DNA of 64,000 nucleotides from an uncultured Flavobacteriaceae bacterium. Lineage in GTDB: Bacteria > Bacteroidota > Bacteroidia > Flavobacteriales > Flavobacteriaceae. Of this stretch, positions 30,006-41,470 are shown piece after piece (the stretch's first letter is position 1; every line of letters starts with the position of its first letter). The translations under genes and the position numbers were made by a program. Where the stretch lies: NCBI GenBank assembly GCA_963974245.1, contig CAXBBY010000014.1:5881-69880 (forward strand), given 5' to 3'. The notes under the pieces were generated by a model. It ran no database searches. It had not been told where the DNA came from and was given only the letters and a program-made list of their open reading frames with translations.

Positions 30006-31244
30006 GTGCAACAAGAAAAAATAATAAACAGATTTATAAAGTATGTAAAAATAGATACAGAATCTGACCCTAATAATCCTGCTTTTCCAAGTACAGAAAA
30101 ACAATGGAATTTAGCCAATCTTCTTGTTAAAGAACTTCAAGAAATTGGTTTATCAGACATTGCTTTAGACGATAATTGTTATATCATGGCAACCTTGCCA
30201 AGTAATATTGATTACGAGGTACCAACCATCGGATTTGTTGCACATATAGATACAAGTCCAGATTTTACTGGCACAAATGTCAATCCACAAATACATAAAA
30301 ATTATGATGGGAAAGACATTATTTTAAACAAGAAAAAAAACATAGTCTTGTCTCCAGATTACTTTAAAGATTTACTACAATACAAAGGTCAAACTATTAT
30401 TACAACAGACGGAACAACATTGTTGGGTGCAGATGATAAAGCTGGTGTTACAGAAATTGTTTCTGCAATGCAATATTTAATCAATCACCCAGAAATAAAG
30501 CACGGAAAAATTAGGATTTGTTTTACTCCGGATGAAGAAGTTGGTAAAGGAGCGCGTTTATTTGATGTTGATACATTTGGTGCAGAATGGGCTTACACTA
30601 TGGATGGAAGTCAGGTTGGAGAATTAGAATATGAAAATTTTAATGCAGCTGGAGCAGTTGTAACGATAGAAGGAAAAATAGTGCATCCTGGTTATGCAAA
30701 AGGAAAAATGATCAATTCTATGCTCATTGCAAACGAGTTTATTGCTGCGTTACCAAAAAATGAAATTCCACAAGAAACAACAGATTACGAAGGTTTTTAT
30801 CATTTACATAATATGACAGGAAATGTTGAAAAGACAATTTTAGAATATATTATTAGAGATCATGATATGGAGTTGTTTTTAAAACGAAAATCTGATTTTG
30901 AAAACGTCGCAAATACAATCAATCAAAAATTAGGAAAAAAGTTGGTTTCTGTTCAGATAAAAGATCAGTATTATAATATGAAAGAAAAAGTAGTTCCAGT
31001 GATGCATATTGTAGATATAGCTGAAGAAGCTATGATAGATTTAGGAATAAAACCTTTAATAAAAGCCATTCGTGGAGGAACCGATGGTTCTCAATTATCA
31101 TTTAAAGGTTTGCCTTGTCCAAATATTTTTGCTGGCGGACATAATTTTCATGGACGTTATGAGTATGTTCCGGTTGAATCTATTTTAAAAGCAACACAAG
31201 TAATTGTTAAAATTGCAGAGAAAGTTGCTGTTAAATTTAAATAA
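30006..31244 (+). CDS. pepT: Peptidase T (M20B)
   Basis: [34 protein letters not shown]; GTG start. Confidence 0.93.
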   Translation: MQQEKIINRFIKYVKIDTESDPNNPAFPSTEKQWNLANLLVKELQEIGLSDIALDDNCYIMATLPSNIDYEVPTIGFVAHIDTSPDFTGTNVNPQIHKNYDGKDIILNKKKNIVLSPDYFKDLLQYKGQTIITTDGTTLLGADDKAGVTEIVSAMQYLINHPEIKHGKIRICFTPDEEVGKGARLFDVDTFGAEWAYTMDGSQVGELEYENFNAAGAVVTIEGKIVHPGYAKGKMINSMLIANEFIAALPKNEIPQETTDYEGFYHLHNMTGNVEKTILEYIIRDHDMELFLKRKSDFENVANTINQKLGKKLVSVQIKDQYYNMKEKVVPVMHIVDIAEEAMIDLGIKPLIKAIRGGTDGSQLSFKGLPCPNIFAGGHNFHGRYEYVPVESILKATQVIVKIAEKVAVKFK

Positions 31245-31334
31245 CAAAATATAAGATGTTGTTAGATTTTATCAATCATTCTTATGAAACCTAATAATTT
31301 TTTACTTTTACCAACTTAATTTTAGAAAACAGAA

Positions 31335-32543
31335 ATGAACAGTAGCGCTTTATTGCAATTAGCAAAAAAATATGGAAGTCCTTTATATGTATATGATACA
31401 GATAAAATTATTTCACAATATAATAGAATTACTGATGCATTTTCTAAGGTTAAAAATGTAAAGATTAATTATGCAGTAAAAGCACTATCAAATATTAGTA
31501 TTTTAAAAATATTTAATCAATTAGGTTCTGGGTTAGATACTGTTTCTGTCCAAGAAGTCCAATTAGGTTTGGCTGCAGGAGTTTTACCAGAAAATATCAT
31601 CTTTACCCCTAACGGAGTTTCCTTAGAAGAAATTGAAGAAGTTGCAGAATTAGGTGTTCAAATTAATATTGATAATCTTTCTATCTTAGAATTGTTTGGT
31701 CAGAAACATCCAAACATTCCGGTTTGTGTGCGTATCAATCCTCATGTAATGGCTGGTGGAAATTCTAAAATTTCTGTAGGTCATATTGACTCTAAGTTCG
31801 GAATTTCTATGTATCAAGTACCTTTAATTAAGCGTGTTATGGAAAACACCAATATGCGAATTAACGGAATTCACATGCATACAGGTTCTGATATTTTAGA
31901 TATTGATACCTTCTTACGTGCAACAGAAATTTTGTTTGATGTTGCAAATCAATTTGAGAACTTAGATTTTATTGATTTCGGAAGTGGATTTAAAGTACCT
32001 TATAAAGAAGGAGATATTTCTACAGATATTGAACAACTTGGAAAACAACTCACAAAAAGATTTAATGATTTTTGTAAAGATTATGGAAAAGAACTTACCT
32101 TAATGTTTGAACCAGGTAAATATTTGGTAAGCGAATCTGGTTTTTTTTTAGCAAAAGTAAATGTGATAAAACAAACAACTTCAACTGTTTTTGCAGGAGT
32201 TGATAGCGGATTTAATCATTTGGTAAGACCTATGATGTACGATTCTTATCATCATATTACAAACATCTCTAACCCTAAAGGTAGAGAACGCTACTACTCT
32301 GTTGTCGGTTATATTTGCGAAACAGATACTTTTGGAAACAATAGAAGAATTAACGAAATTACTGAAGAAGATATATTGTGTTTTCACAATGCTGGTGCGT
32401 ATTGTTTTTCAATGGCTTCTAATTACAATTCTCGTTTTAAACCTGCAGAAGTTATGGTTTATAACGGAAAAGATTATGTAATAAGAAAAAGAGAAACTTT
32501 TGATGATATCCTTAGAAATCAAGAGATTGTTACCCTTTCTTAA
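31335..32543 (+). CDS. lysA: Diaminopimelate decarboxylase
   Basis: YAVKA, DSKFG, HMHTGS, FEPGKY, CETD, GAYCFSMASNYN. Confidence 0.92.
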   Translation: MNSSALLQLAKKYGSPLYVYDTDKIISQYNRITDAFSKVKNVKINYAVKALSNISILKIFNQLGSGLDTVSVQEVQLGLAAGVLPENIIFTPNGVSLEEIEEVAELGVQINIDNLSILELFGQKHPNIPVCVRINPHVMAGGNSKISVGHIDSKFGISMYQVPLIKRVMENTNMRINGIHMHTGSDILDIDTFLRATEILFDVANQFENLDFIDFGSGFKVPYKEGDISTDIEQLGKQLTKRFNDFCKDYGKELTLMFEPGKYLVSESGFFLAKVNVIKQTTSTVFAGVDSGFNHLVRPMMYDSYHHITNISNPKGRERYYSVVGYICETDTFGNNRRINEITEEDILCFHNAGAYCFSMASNYNSRFKPAEVMVYNGKDYVIRKRETFDDILRNQEIVTLS

Positions 32544-32667
32544 TTTATTTTCTAAATACTAGTAAGTAAAAACGATTATGTTAAAAAATGTTAAAACAAC
32601 TGCTTTCCACTGCCTTAACCGTTCTTTTTTGTAATATCGCATATCATTAATTTAATAACCAACTAAG

Positions 32668-34218
32668 ATGAAAAAAACACTATTATTATTAAGCATTCTG
32701 TTTATAGTAGTTTCTTGTAATAAAGAAGCAACACAAAAAGATGTTGCCTCTTACGGAAGTACAATAACTCAAAAAGAGTTAAAAGAGCATTTATACACAT
32801 ATGCTTCGGATGAGTTTGAAGGACGTGAAACAGGTGAGCCTGGACAAAAGAAAGCAGTAGAGTATCTTAAAAAATACTATGAAAATTTAGGAATTAAACC
32901 TGTTATTGAAGGAAACTATTTTCAAAATGTACCTTTAAATATTGTAAAAACTCCGGAAGTGAGTATTTCTGTAAATGGAAAATCATTTAAGTATTTTGAC
33001 GATTTCATTTCTCCTTCAGCAGCTGCAACAGGAACAGTTTCTACTTCAGAAATTGTGTATGCAGGCTACGGAATAGATGATAAAAAATATTCTGACTATA
33101 AAGACCTTGATGTAAAAGGAAAAATTGTTGTTATTAAAAGCGGTGAGCCAAAAGACAAAAAAGGAAATAATGTAATTACTGGCGATAAAAAAGCTTCAAA
33201 ATGGTCAAATGGTCGTCAAGCAATTTCTTCTAAAAGAGATGCAGCAAAAGAACTTGGAGCTAAAGCATTATTTTTTATGGATGCTGATTTGTTTGCTCGC
33301 TATTCAAAATTCTTTAAACAGCGTGAAGCAAGTGGCGGAAGCAAAAGCTTATCATTACCAGCAAAAAAAGATGCTGGTACTCAAATGTATTTTTTCTTAA
33401 TCAACGAAAAAATGGGTAAAGCTTTAGCAAGTAAAATTCAAAAATCAACAAAACCTGCTACCGTAGCAACAAAATTAGAAATGAGTTATAAAAGTATTAC
33501 TGTGCCTCATCCATCTGAAAATGTTGCAGCAATGATTAAAGGTTCTGAAAAACCAGACGAATACATTATTATTTCTTCGCATTTAGATCATATTGGCGTA
33601 AATTCAAAAGGAGAAGTTAATAATGGCGCAGATGATGACGGATCTGGAACAGTATCATTATTAGAAATTGCTGAAGCTTTTAAAACAGCTGCTGATAAAG
33701 GTCATAGACCAAAACGCTCAGTAATTTTCTTACACGTAACAGGAGAGGAAAAAGGATTATTAGGTTCTAGATATTATACAGATTATGAGCCTTTAGTTCC
33801 TTTAGCAAATACGGTTGCTAATTTAAATATTGATATGGTTGGTCGTATTGATCCAAAACGTAAAGGAGATAGAAACTATGTGTATTTAATTGGAAGTGAT
33901 AAATTAAGTACAGAGTTACACAACCTTTCTGAACAAGTAAACAAAACATTTACAAATATAGAGTTAGATTATACGTATAATGACGAAAACGACCCAAATC
34001 GTTTTTATTACCGTTCTGATCATTATAACTTTGCGAAAAATAATATTCCAATCATTTTTTATTTTAACGGAACACACGATGATTATCATAGAGCATCAGA
34101 TACTCCAGACAAAATTAATTATGACTTGTTAGAGAATAGATCACGACTTGTTTTTTATACAGCTTGGGAATTAGCAAATAGAGCAGAACGAATTGTAGCA
34201 GATAAAGCTACAGAATAA
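32668..34218 (+). CDS. M28 metallopeptidase lipoprotein with PA domain
   Basis: Lipobox VVSC, SHLDH, GADDDGSG, GEEKGLLGS, NIDM, RSDH, YHRASD. Confidence 0.9.
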   Translation: MKKTLLLLSILFIVVSCNKEATQKDVASYGSTITQKELKEHLYTYASDEFEGRETGEPGQKKAVEYLKKYYENLGIKPVIEGNYFQNVPLNIVKTPEVSISVNGKSFKYFDDFISPSAAATGTVSTSEIVYAGYGIDDKKYSDYKDLDVKGKIVVIKSGEPKDKKGNNVITGDKKASKWSNGRQAISSKRDAAKELGAKALFFMDADLFARYSKFFKQREASGGSKSLSLPAKKDAGTQMYFFLINEKMGKALASKIQKSTKPATVATKLEMSYKSITVPHPSENVAAMIKGSEKPDEYIIISSHLDHIGVNSKGEVNNGADDDGSGTVSLLEIAEAFKTAADKGHRPKRSVIFLHVTGEEKGLLGSRYYTDYEPLVPLANTVANLNIDMVGRIDPKRKGDRNYVYLIGSDKLSTELHNLSEQVNKTFTNIELDYTYNDENDPNRFYYRSDHYNFAKNNIPIIFYFNGTHDDYHRASDTPDKINYDLLENRSRLVFYTAWELANRAERIVADKATE

Positions 34219-34247
34219 TTAAAACCATTCTAAAATAATACAATAAG

Positions 34248-34274
34248 AAGCCTTCCTTTTGGGAGGCTTTTTTT
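34248..34274 (+). terminator. Intrinsic terminator
   Basis: AAGCCTTCC-TTTT-GGGAGGCTT followed by a T-run. Confidence 0.8.
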
Positions 34275-34414
34275 ATAAACTTTTGAAGATGAAAACTCGC
34301 TATATTAAATTTTTGAATCAAAAGTACAACAAACAAAACTCACAATAATTCACATACAACAATCATTTCTATCTCCAATAAATTTATTACTTTTCAATTT
34401 CAAAATCCAACCAA

Positions 34415-36823
34415 ATGAAAGTATGTATTGCTGAGAAACCAAGTGTAGCAAGAGAAATCGCTAACATATTGGGTGCCAATACAAAACGAGATGGTTATTT
34501 TGAAGGAAACGGGTATGCAGTTACCTACACTTTTGGTCATTTGTGTACACTTTTAGAACCTAAAGATTACAAACCACATTGGAAAAGTTGGGATTTAAAC
34601 AATTTACCAATGCTTCCAGAAAAGTTTGAAACAAAAGTAACAAGCAATGATGGCATTCAAAAACAGTTCAATATTGTTAAATCGTTGTTTGACAAAGCAA
34701 CTGTTGTTATCAATTGTGGAGATGCTGGTCAAGAAGGAGAATTGATTCAACGTTGGGTTATCAATCAATGTAATTACAAAGGAAAAGTACAACGCCTTTG
34801 GATTTCTTCCTTAACAGAAGAAGCTATCAAAGAAGGATTTAAAAATTTACAACCTTCAGAGAAATACGACAATCTCTATTATGCTGGGTTTTCTAGAGCC
34901 ATTGGAGATTGGCTGTTAGGCTTAAATGCAACACGCTTATTTACTGTAAAATTCGGCGGATATAAGCAAGTTTTATCTGTTGGTAGAGTTCAAACTCCAA
35001 CCTTGGCAATGTTGGTAAATCGATTTAAAGAAATTGAAAATTTTAAGCCACAACCATATTGGGAATTACAAACTACGTACAGAAATACATTATTTAATTA
35101 TGAAGACGGACGCTTTTTAAAACAAGAAGACGGACAAGTATTAGCGAATAAAGTAAAAGAAGCTGATTTCGAAATTGTTTCTGTCACCAAAAAGAAGGGA
35201 AAAGAATACGCACCAAAATTATTTGATTTAACAGGATTGCAAGTCTATTGTAATAATAAATTTGGTTTTTCTGCGGATGAAACCTTGAAAATGGTGCAGA
35301 AGCTATACGAAATGAAAGTAGTTACCTATCCAAGAGTTGATACTACTTTTTTACCAAATGATGTATATCCAAAAATTGAAGGAATATTAGGTAAACTAAC
35401 CAATTACAGTAAATTAACACAACCTCTTTTAGGAAAAAAAATAAAGAAATCGAAACGAGTTTTTGATGATAAAAAAGTAACCGATCACCACGCTATCATT
35501 CCAACCGGAATACAAACCAACTTGCAATACAATCAGCAACAAGTGTATGATATTATTACCAGAAGATTTATTGGCGTGTTTTATCCAGATTCTGATGTTT
35601 CTAATACTTCCATAATTGGTAAAGCTGCGGATGTTCCTTTTAAAACCACAGGAAAAGAAATCATCACCAAAGGATGGCGTGTTGTTTTTGATACTTCGGC
35701 TACGCTCAGCACAAGTTCAGAAAGTAACATAAAAAAGGAATTAAATGTACAAATGACGTTGCCTTCTTTTGTAAAAGGAGAAAAAGGACCACACGAGCCA
35801 TCTTTCTTAGAAAAAGAAACAAAACCACCTAGAAATTTTACCGAGGCTTCTCTCCTACGCGCTATGGAAACTGCTGGTAAACAAGTGGATGATGATGAAA
35901 TGCGCGAGTTAATGAAAGAAAACGGAATTGGAAGACCATCAACAAGAGCAAGTATTATTGAAACCTTATTTCGTAGAAAATATATTGAGCGTAAAAAAAA
36001 GCTAGTTATTCCAACACAAACGGGAATTCAATTGATTGATTTAATAGATAATGAATTGTTGAAATCTGCCGAACTAACTGGACGCTGGGAAAAACGTTTA
36101 AAAGAAATTGAGCGCGGAGAATTCAATGCAGGAACCTTTATCAACAACATGAAAAAAATGGTAGATGAATTGGTGTATGAAGTACGTTCTAATACTTCTA
36201 AAATTAGAATTTCTCATGAAACCGCTGTCATTCCGAACGCAAGTGAGGAATCTCCCAAAAAGAAAGAATCTTCTCAATCAAAATCGAAAAACAAAAAACA
36301 AGTCACAGGTAAAACCTGTCCAAAATGTAATAACGGAAAGTTATTAAAAGGATCAAAAGCTTTTGGTTGTTCTGAATACAATAAAACGTGCGATTTTTTA
36401 ATGCCTTTTGAATTCTTAGGAAAAAAGATTTCAGAAAATCAGTTGATTCGTTTGCTAGACAAAAAATCAACTACAAACCTAAAAGGATTTAAAACAGAAA
36501 AAGGTACTGTTGAAGGTTTGATTCGTTTTGATGAAAATTTCAAATTCAAACTAGAAGAAAAAAAACAAACTGTCATTGCGAATAAAATGAAGCAATCTGT
36601 TCATGCAAATGAGATTACTTCGTCGAAAACTCCTCGTAATGACACTGATAAAATTACTTGCCCAAAATGTAAAAAAGGAACTGTTTTAAAAGGGAAAACT
36701 GCTTATGGTTGTTCTGAGTACAAAACTGATTGTGATTTTGTTTTTACATTTGAAAACATCAAAAAAATAGCAAACGGAAAACCATTGACCAAAGAATTGG
36801 TTATTCATATATTAAATAATTAA
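34415..36823 (+). CDS. topB: DNA topoisomerase III with C-terminal Zn-ribbon repeats, containing three in-frame palindromic inserts
   Basis: IAEKPS TOPRIM, DAGQEGE, GRVQTPTL, VTYPRVD catalytic Tyr, GIGRPSTRA; CPKC..GCSEY repeats. Confidence 0.93.
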   Translation: MKVCIAEKPSVAREIANILGANTKRDGYFEGNGYAVTYTFGHLCTLLEPKDYKPHWKSWDLNNLPMLPEKFETKVTSNDGIQKQFNIVKSLFDKATVVINCGDAGQEGELIQRWVINQCNYKGKVQRLWISSLTEEAIKEGFKNLQPSEKYDNLYYAGFSRAIGDWLLGLNATRLFTVKFGGYKQVLSVGRVQTPTLAMLVNRFKEIENFKPQPYWELQTTYRNTLFNYEDGRFLKQEDGQVLANKVKEADFEIVSVTKKKGKEYAPKLFDLTGLQVYCNNKFGFSADETLKMVQKLYEMKVVTYPRVDTTFLPNDVYPKIEGILGKLTNYSKLTQPLLGKKIKKSKRVFDDKKVTDHHAIIPTGIQTNLQYNQQQVYDIITRRFIGVFYPDSDVSNTSIIGKAADVPFKTTGKEIITKGWRVVFDTSATLSTSSESNIKKELNVQMTLPSFVKGEKGPHEPSFLEKETKPPRNFTEASLLRAMETAGKQVDDDEMRELMKENGIGRPSTRASIIETLFRRKYIERKKKLVIPTQTGIQLIDLIDNELLKSAELTGRWEKRLKEIERGEFNAGTFINNMKKMVDELVYEVRSNTSKIRISHETAVIPNASEESPKKKESSQSKSKNKKQVTGKTCPKCNNGKLLKGSKAFGCSEYNKTCDFLMPFEFLGKKISENQLIRLLDKKSTTNLKGFKTEKGTVEGLIRFDENFKFKLEEKKQTVIANKMKQSVHANEITSSKTPRNDTDKITCPKCKKGTVLKGKTAYGCSEYKTDCDFVFTFENIKKIANGKPLTKELVIHILNN
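35693..35716 (+). repeat. 24-bp REP-like unit in frame in topB
   Basis: ACTTCGGCTACGCTCAGCACAAGT (reads TSATLSTS); matches TTCGAC-TACGCTCA units at 47809, 53189 and 57917. Confidence 0.75.
36227..36253 (+). repeat. 27-bp GTCATT-type half element in frame in topB
   Basis: GTCATTCCGAACGCAAGTGAGGAATCT (VIPNASEES); internal ATTCC/GGAAT inverted repeat. Confidence 0.65.
36572..36643 (+). repeat. 72-bp double-hairpin REP-like element in frame in topB
   Basis: GTCATTGCGA...TCGTAATGAC termini, inner GAAGCAATCT/AGATTACTTC; aligns without gaps to 52752-52823. Confidence 0.85.
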
Positions 36824-36837
36824 ATTAGTCAATACAA

Positions 36838-36951
36838 GTCATAGAAATGACAAAAAAGGTGTCATTTCGACGATAGGAGAAATCTTACAATTTTCAGTTA
36901 CTATCATTCATAAGATTCTTCAATCGTTTTTCAAACTCATTTCAGAATGAC
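36838..36951. repeat. Intergenic GTCATT-type element(s) between convergent topB and VF530 gene
   Basis: GTCATTTCGA (36861)...TCAGAATGAC (36951), inner GAGAAATCTT/AAGATTCTTC; preceded by mini GTCAT-AGAA-ATGAC. Confidence 0.75.
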
Positions 36952-36955
36952 AAAA

Positions 36956-37174
36956 TTACTTTATTGATTTTAAATATAATTTTTCAACCTTTTCTCTAGC
37001 CCAAGGCGTTCTTCTCAAAAATTTTAAACTCGATTTCATTGTCGGATTATTTCGAAAACAATTAATATCAATCATTTCTCCCATTTCCTCCCAACCATAT
37101 TTGTTGTGTAAACGTTCTAAAATATCAGCAAGTTTAATTCCGTGTAACGGATTATTCGGTTGTTCTTCAATCAT
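36956..37174 (-). CDS. VF530/DUF2132-family small DNA-binding protein
   Basis: QPNNPLHGIKL..IL..L...YGW.......INCF..NP...SSLKFLRRTPWAREKVE. Confidence 0.85.
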   Translation of the reverse strand: MIEEQPNNPLHGIKLADILERLHNKYGWEEMGEMIDINCFRNNPTMKSSLKFLRRTPWAREKVEKLYLKSIK

Positions 37175-37300
37175 AAACTGGGCAAATTATGGAAACAAAA
37201 ATACTATTTATTTACTCCTTTTGAATAATCCTAAATTAATATTTATTTTTCCTTCAATTTTCAATACTTTAGCTGCATCAAAATAAACAACTTAATTAGA

Positions 37301-38386
37301 ATGAAAAACACTGCACTAACTCACGTACACGAAGCTTTAAATGCTAAAATTGTCCCTTTTGCTGGTTATAATATGCCAGTATCTTATGAAGGAATAAACA
37401 TTGAACATGAAACTGTTAGAAAAGGTGTTGGTGTTTTTGATGTAAGTCATATGGGTGAGTTTTTAGTAACAGGAGAAAATGCGTTGGCATTAATTCAGAA
37501 AGTTACTTCTAACGATGCTTCTAAACTAGAAATTGGTGATGCACAATACAGTTGTTTCCCAAATGAAGATGGCGGGATTGTAGATGATTTAATTTGTTAC
37601 CGAATAAAAGAAAATCAGTATTTATTGGTAGTAAATGCTTCAAATATTGATAAAGATTGGAACTGGATTTCTAAATACAATACTGAGTTTAAAGCGGATT
37701 TGAAAAACATTTCTGATGACTATTCTTTATTAGCTATTCAAGGACCAAAAGCTATTGAAGCAATGCAATCGTTGACTTCTATTAATTTGGCTGAAATTCC
37801 TTTTTACAAATTTAAAATTGGAGATTTTGCGGGTGTAGAACACGCCATTATTTCTGCAACAGGTTATACCGGTTCTGGTGGATTTGAAATCTATGTAAAA
37901 AACGAAGCTGCTGAAAGTGTATGGAATAAAGTTTTTGAAGCTGGTGCTAATTTAGGAATCAAACCTATCGGTTTAGCAGCAAGAGATACGTTGCGTTTAG
38001 AAATGGGGTATTGTTTATATGGCAATGATATTAACGATACAACTTCGCCAATTGAAGCAGGTTTAGGTTGGATTACCAAGTTTACAAAAGACTTTGTGAA
38101 TTCAGAAAATTTATTAACGCAAAAAGAAACTGGTGTTACTCGTAAGTTGGTTGCTTTTGAATTGACTGAACGTGGAATTCCAAGACAAGATTATCCAATT
38201 GTTGATGGGGAAGGAAATGTAATCGGAATTGTAACATCTGGAACGATGAGCCCATCTTTAGGAAAAGGAATCGGAATGGGTTATGTTACTAAAGAAAATG
38301 CAAAAAGAGATACAGAAATATGTATTCAAGTTCGTAAAAAAGCAATTCCTGCGAAAGTGGTAAAGTTGCCTTTTTACAAAGGATAA
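37301..38386 (+). CDS. gcvT: Glycine cleavage aminomethyltransferase T
   Basis: [36 protein letters not shown]. Confidence 0.95.
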   Translation: MKNTALTHVHEALNAKIVPFAGYNMPVSYEGINIEHETVRKGVGVFDVSHMGEFLVTGENALALIQKVTSNDASKLEIGDAQYSCFPNEDGGIVDDLICYRIKENQYLLVVNASNIDKDWNWISKYNTEFKADLKNISDDYSLLAIQGPKAIEAMQSLTSINLAEIPFYKFKIGDFAGVEHAIISATGYTGSGGFEIYVKNEAAESVWNKVFEAGANLGIKPIGLAARDTLRLEMGYCLYGNDINDTTSPIEAGLGWITKFTKDFVNSENLLTQKETGVTRKLVAFELTERGIPRQDYPIVDGEGNVIGIVTSGTMSPSLGKGIGMGYVTKENAKRDTEICIQVRKKAIPAKVVKLPFYKG

Positions 38387-38388
38387 AG

Positions 38389-38922
38389 TTAATATTGTGT
38401 TGCTTTTTTTGCCATTTCTGGTTTAAAAAAAGATTGAAAGTATTCAAAATCTTTTTCTTTATCATCTGTTGTATAATAGGGTTCAGAAATTTTTACTTGC
38501 TTATTTTTATAATCTAAGGTTGCCATCACAATTGGCACCTTTGCTCCTTTTGCGATATAATAAAATCCTGTTTTCCACTTTTCTACTTTCTTCCGTGTTC
38601 CTTCTGGTGATAAAGCCAATCTAAACTCTTCTTTAGAATTAAAAACTTTGATGATTGCATCTACCAAATTATTACTTTCTGATCTATTTACTGGTGTACC
38701 GCCCAAACTTCTAAAAATAAAACCAAACGGACCTTTAAATAAAGAGTCTTTACCAATAAAATTAATTTTTATTCCTGCAGTGTTTCTTGCTAAAATCCCG
38801 ATAGGAAAATCTTGCCAACTAGTATGTGGCGCTGCTATAATTACATATTTTTTGATGCCTCTAGGAAAATCGTTTACTAGTTTCCATCCAAAGATTGTTT
38901 TAAAAATAAATTTTGAAATCAT
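38389..38922 (-). CDS. PlsC-family acyltransferase
   Basis: APHTSWQD (HxxxxD), SPEGTR. Confidence 0.85.
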   Translation of the reverse strand: MISKFIFKTIFGWKLVNDFPRGIKKYVIIAAPHTSWQDFPIGILARNTAGIKINFIGKDSLFKGPFGFIFRSLGGTPVNRSESNNLVDAIIKVFNSKEEFRLALSPEGTRKKVEKWKTGFYYIAKGAKVPIVMATLDYKNKQVKISEPYYTTDDKEKDFEYFQSFFKPEMAKKATQY

Positions 38923-39019
38923 AAAACAGTATTAAGTTTACAAATAAAAGACATATTATGATGTACACAAATATAAAACTCTTAATTTTATATTCTCTTT
39001 AATTTATGTTATAAAAACT

Positions 39020-40288
39020 ATGGAAATCTTATTTATTATTGTTGGAATTGTTATTGGTTTAGCCTTAGGCTATTTTGTTTCAAAAACAAAATCAGTAAAA
39101 GAAATTTCTGCTTTAAAAGAGAGAAATCGCAATTCAGAAAACACGAATCAAGAATTAATAGCAATAAGAAAAGAAAAAGAAGAATTGACTATTTTGATTA
39201 CCGAAAAATCTTCTGAAGCTTCTCATTTGCAAGAAAAACTTAAAGAAAACAAACAAGAAGTAGAAAAACTTCAAGAAAAATTCACCAAAGAGTTTGAGAA
39301 TTTAGCCAATAAGATTTTAGAAAGCAATTCAAAGAAATTTAAAGAGCAAAATAAAGAAAGCCTTGAAGGAATTTTAAACCCATTGCAAAAACAAATAACT
39401 GATTTTAAACAAAAAGTTGAAGATGTTAACAAAGATAGCATAAGGCAATCTTCTGCATTAAAACAACAATTAGAAGAATTAAATAAAAATAATATTAAAA
39501 TTAGTCAAGAAGCAATTAACCTAACTAAAGCTTTAAAAGGAGATAATAAAACGCAAGGAAATTGGGGTGAGTTAGTTTTAGAAACTGTTTTAGAAAAATC
39601 TGGTCTCGAAAAAGGAAGAGAGTATGAAATTCAACAGAGCTTTTTAAATGAAGAAGGTAAAAGGTTGTTACCAGATGTTGTAATTAATTTACCTGGAAAT
39701 AAAAAAATGGTTATTGATTCAAAAGTTTCTTTAATAGCTTACGAACAATATATTAATACAGAGAACAAAGAAGAAAAAAAGAGGTTTTTATCAGGCCACA
39801 TTGCATCTATTAAAAGACATATAAATGATCTTAATTCAAAAAAATATGAAGATATTTATAAAATTGAATCACCTGATTTTATTTTAATGTTTATACCTAT
39901 CGAATCTGCACTCTATCTTGCTCAAAATGAAGATAAAAACTTTTTTTATACTGCTTTTCACAAAAACATATTATTGGTCAGCCCAACAACTTTACTGTCA
40001 ACATTGAGAACTATTGATACATTATGGAGTAATGAAAAACAACAACAAAACGCATTTGAAATTGCAAAGCATGCAACTTCTTTATATGAAAAATTTAAAA
40101 ACTTGTTAGATGATCTAGAGACTGTTGGAAATAGAATAAAGTCAACATCCTCAGCTTATGAAGGCGCTATGAAAAAGCTAACGGGAAATCAAAATTTAAT
40201 TAAAGATATTACAAAGCTTAAAGAATTAGGTATTGCTCCCAAAAAAGATATTAATCAAAAATGGATAGATAAAACAACAGAAGAATAA
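39020..40288 (+). CDS. rmuC: DNA recombination protein RmuC
   Basis: N-terminal TM and coiled coil, QGNWGEL.LE, PDVVINLP, IDSKVSL, PDF..MF.P.E, SPTTLL. Confidence 0.92.
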   Translation: MEILFIIVGIVIGLALGYFVSKTKSVKEISALKERNRNSENTNQELIAIRKEKEELTILITEKSSEASHLQEKLKENKQEVEKLQEKFTKEFENLANKILESNSKKFKEQNKESLEGILNPLQKQITDFKQKVEDVNKDSIRQSSALKQQLEELNKNNIKISQEAINLTKALKGDNKTQGNWGELVLETVLEKSGLEKGREYEIQQSFLNEEGKRLLPDVVINLPGNKKMVIDSKVSLIAYEQYINTENKEEKKRFLSGHIASIKRHINDLNSKKYEDIYKIESPDFILMFIPIESALYLAQNEDKNFFYTAFHKNILLVSPTTLLSTLRTIDTLWSNEKQQQNAFEIAKHATSLYEKFKNLLDDLETVGNRIKSTSSAYEGAMKKLTGNQNLIKDITKLKELGIAPKKDINQKWIDKTTEE

Positions 40289-41470
40289 CTAAAACAACTT
40301 CGTTACTTTTCTATCTCTCTTAATAAAATAGTATTTAGCATCTTTTATTACTTTTTTGCGATACCCAAATAAATGAAATATTTCTGTTGCTAAAAATCGA
40401 GCTGTTTTAGGATTTACAATCAAAATATGTTTGTTACTTTTATCTTGCTGTATTCCAGGTAAGCTTCTTAATAAATAATGCATTTTTAATCGTCTAACTA
40501 ATGTTGACAAAACCAACCATTTTTTAGAAATTAAAGAAATAATAAAAAAACCATCCTCACCTTGTTTTTGATATAATGGCATAAATATTTTCCCAGAATG
40601 TGCTGCCCTTATTTTTTTTGAATTGCTAATTGCTAATTCTTGACCTTTTACAACACTTTCAAAATTACTAAAACCAAAAAGCATTTCAAATTGTTCGTTT
40701 TTACTAATTTCATACTTGTAATTTATCTCGTAAAATTCTTGTTTTTCTTTATATAATGATAAAACATGTTGGTAATAGCTAAGTTTTTTTATCTCTAATT
40801 CATTCACACAACCCGAAGCTTTTAGAGCTAACCAAATAAAAGCCTCACAGTTATCTACAGAAGATTCTTTATAATGCTCACCTGCTTCAAAACCTAATGA
40901 TATATGTCCAAATTCATTAATAAATGTTAATAATGGACCGTCTAAATATTCTTCAATTCCTAATATTGTGGGTATTGAAAAGTTTGATGAAAATTCTCTA
41001 TTATTTAATGAATCGCTAATGGTAATAAACGGGCTTGTATCTGAAGAAGTTGTATGTAAATCAATAAAATAAAATGGTCCTTTATCCTTTTTTACTATTT
41101 CTTTAATTTGCTTGTATATTTCTTGCTGTTCAAAACTTTCTTTATATATGTTCTTGTTAAAATCATCAATTATTTGAATCTTTTTTGCAGACCAAATTCT
41201 GTTTAAGTCTATATCTTCAAAACGGATATTTTTTTGCAATGCATTTATATTTCCGCTTATAGCATAAAAATTTCCTAGAAAAGGAATTTTTTCTTTTTCT
41301 ATAGTCTTTAAAACTTTAATTAGTGCATAAACACCAGCTCTTTCGTTACCGTGAATTCCACCAAAACAAATTACTGTTGGTGCATTTTTTGTTCCTTGTA
41401 TAGAACCTAAAACTCTTTTAATGGTTATTTTTTCATCAAAAGCATTAATACGCACTTCTTGTAAACTCAT
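40289..41470 (-). CDS. Succinylglutamate desuccinylase/aspartoacylase-family Zn hydrolase
   Basis: GGIHGNE, DLNR, DLHTT, GFEAG. Confidence 0.85.
   Translation of the reverse strand: MSLQEVRINAFDEKITIKRVLGSIQGTKNAPTVICFGGIHGNERAGVYALIKVLKTIEKEKIPFLGNFYAISGNINALQKNIRFEDIDLNRIWSAKKIQIIDDFNKNIYKESFEQQEIYKQIKEIVKKDKGPFYFIDLHTTSSDTSPFITISDSLNNREFSSNFSIPTILGIEEYLDGPLLTFINEFGHISLGFEAGEHYKESSVDNCEAFIWLALKASGCVNELEIKKLSYYQHVLSLYKEKQEFYEINYKYEISKNEQFEMLFGFSNFESVVKGQELAISNSKKIRAAHSGKIFMPLYQKQGEDGFFIISLISKKWLVLSTLVRRLKMHYLLRSLPGIQQDKSNKHILIVNPKTARFLATEIFHLFGYRKKVIKDAKYYFIKRDRKVTKLF

Noticed and set aside
27940-40291. Abutting or overlapping convergent stops (27940-27943, 38386/38389, 40288/40289)
   Set aside because: Common in compact flavobacterial genomes; no further signal.
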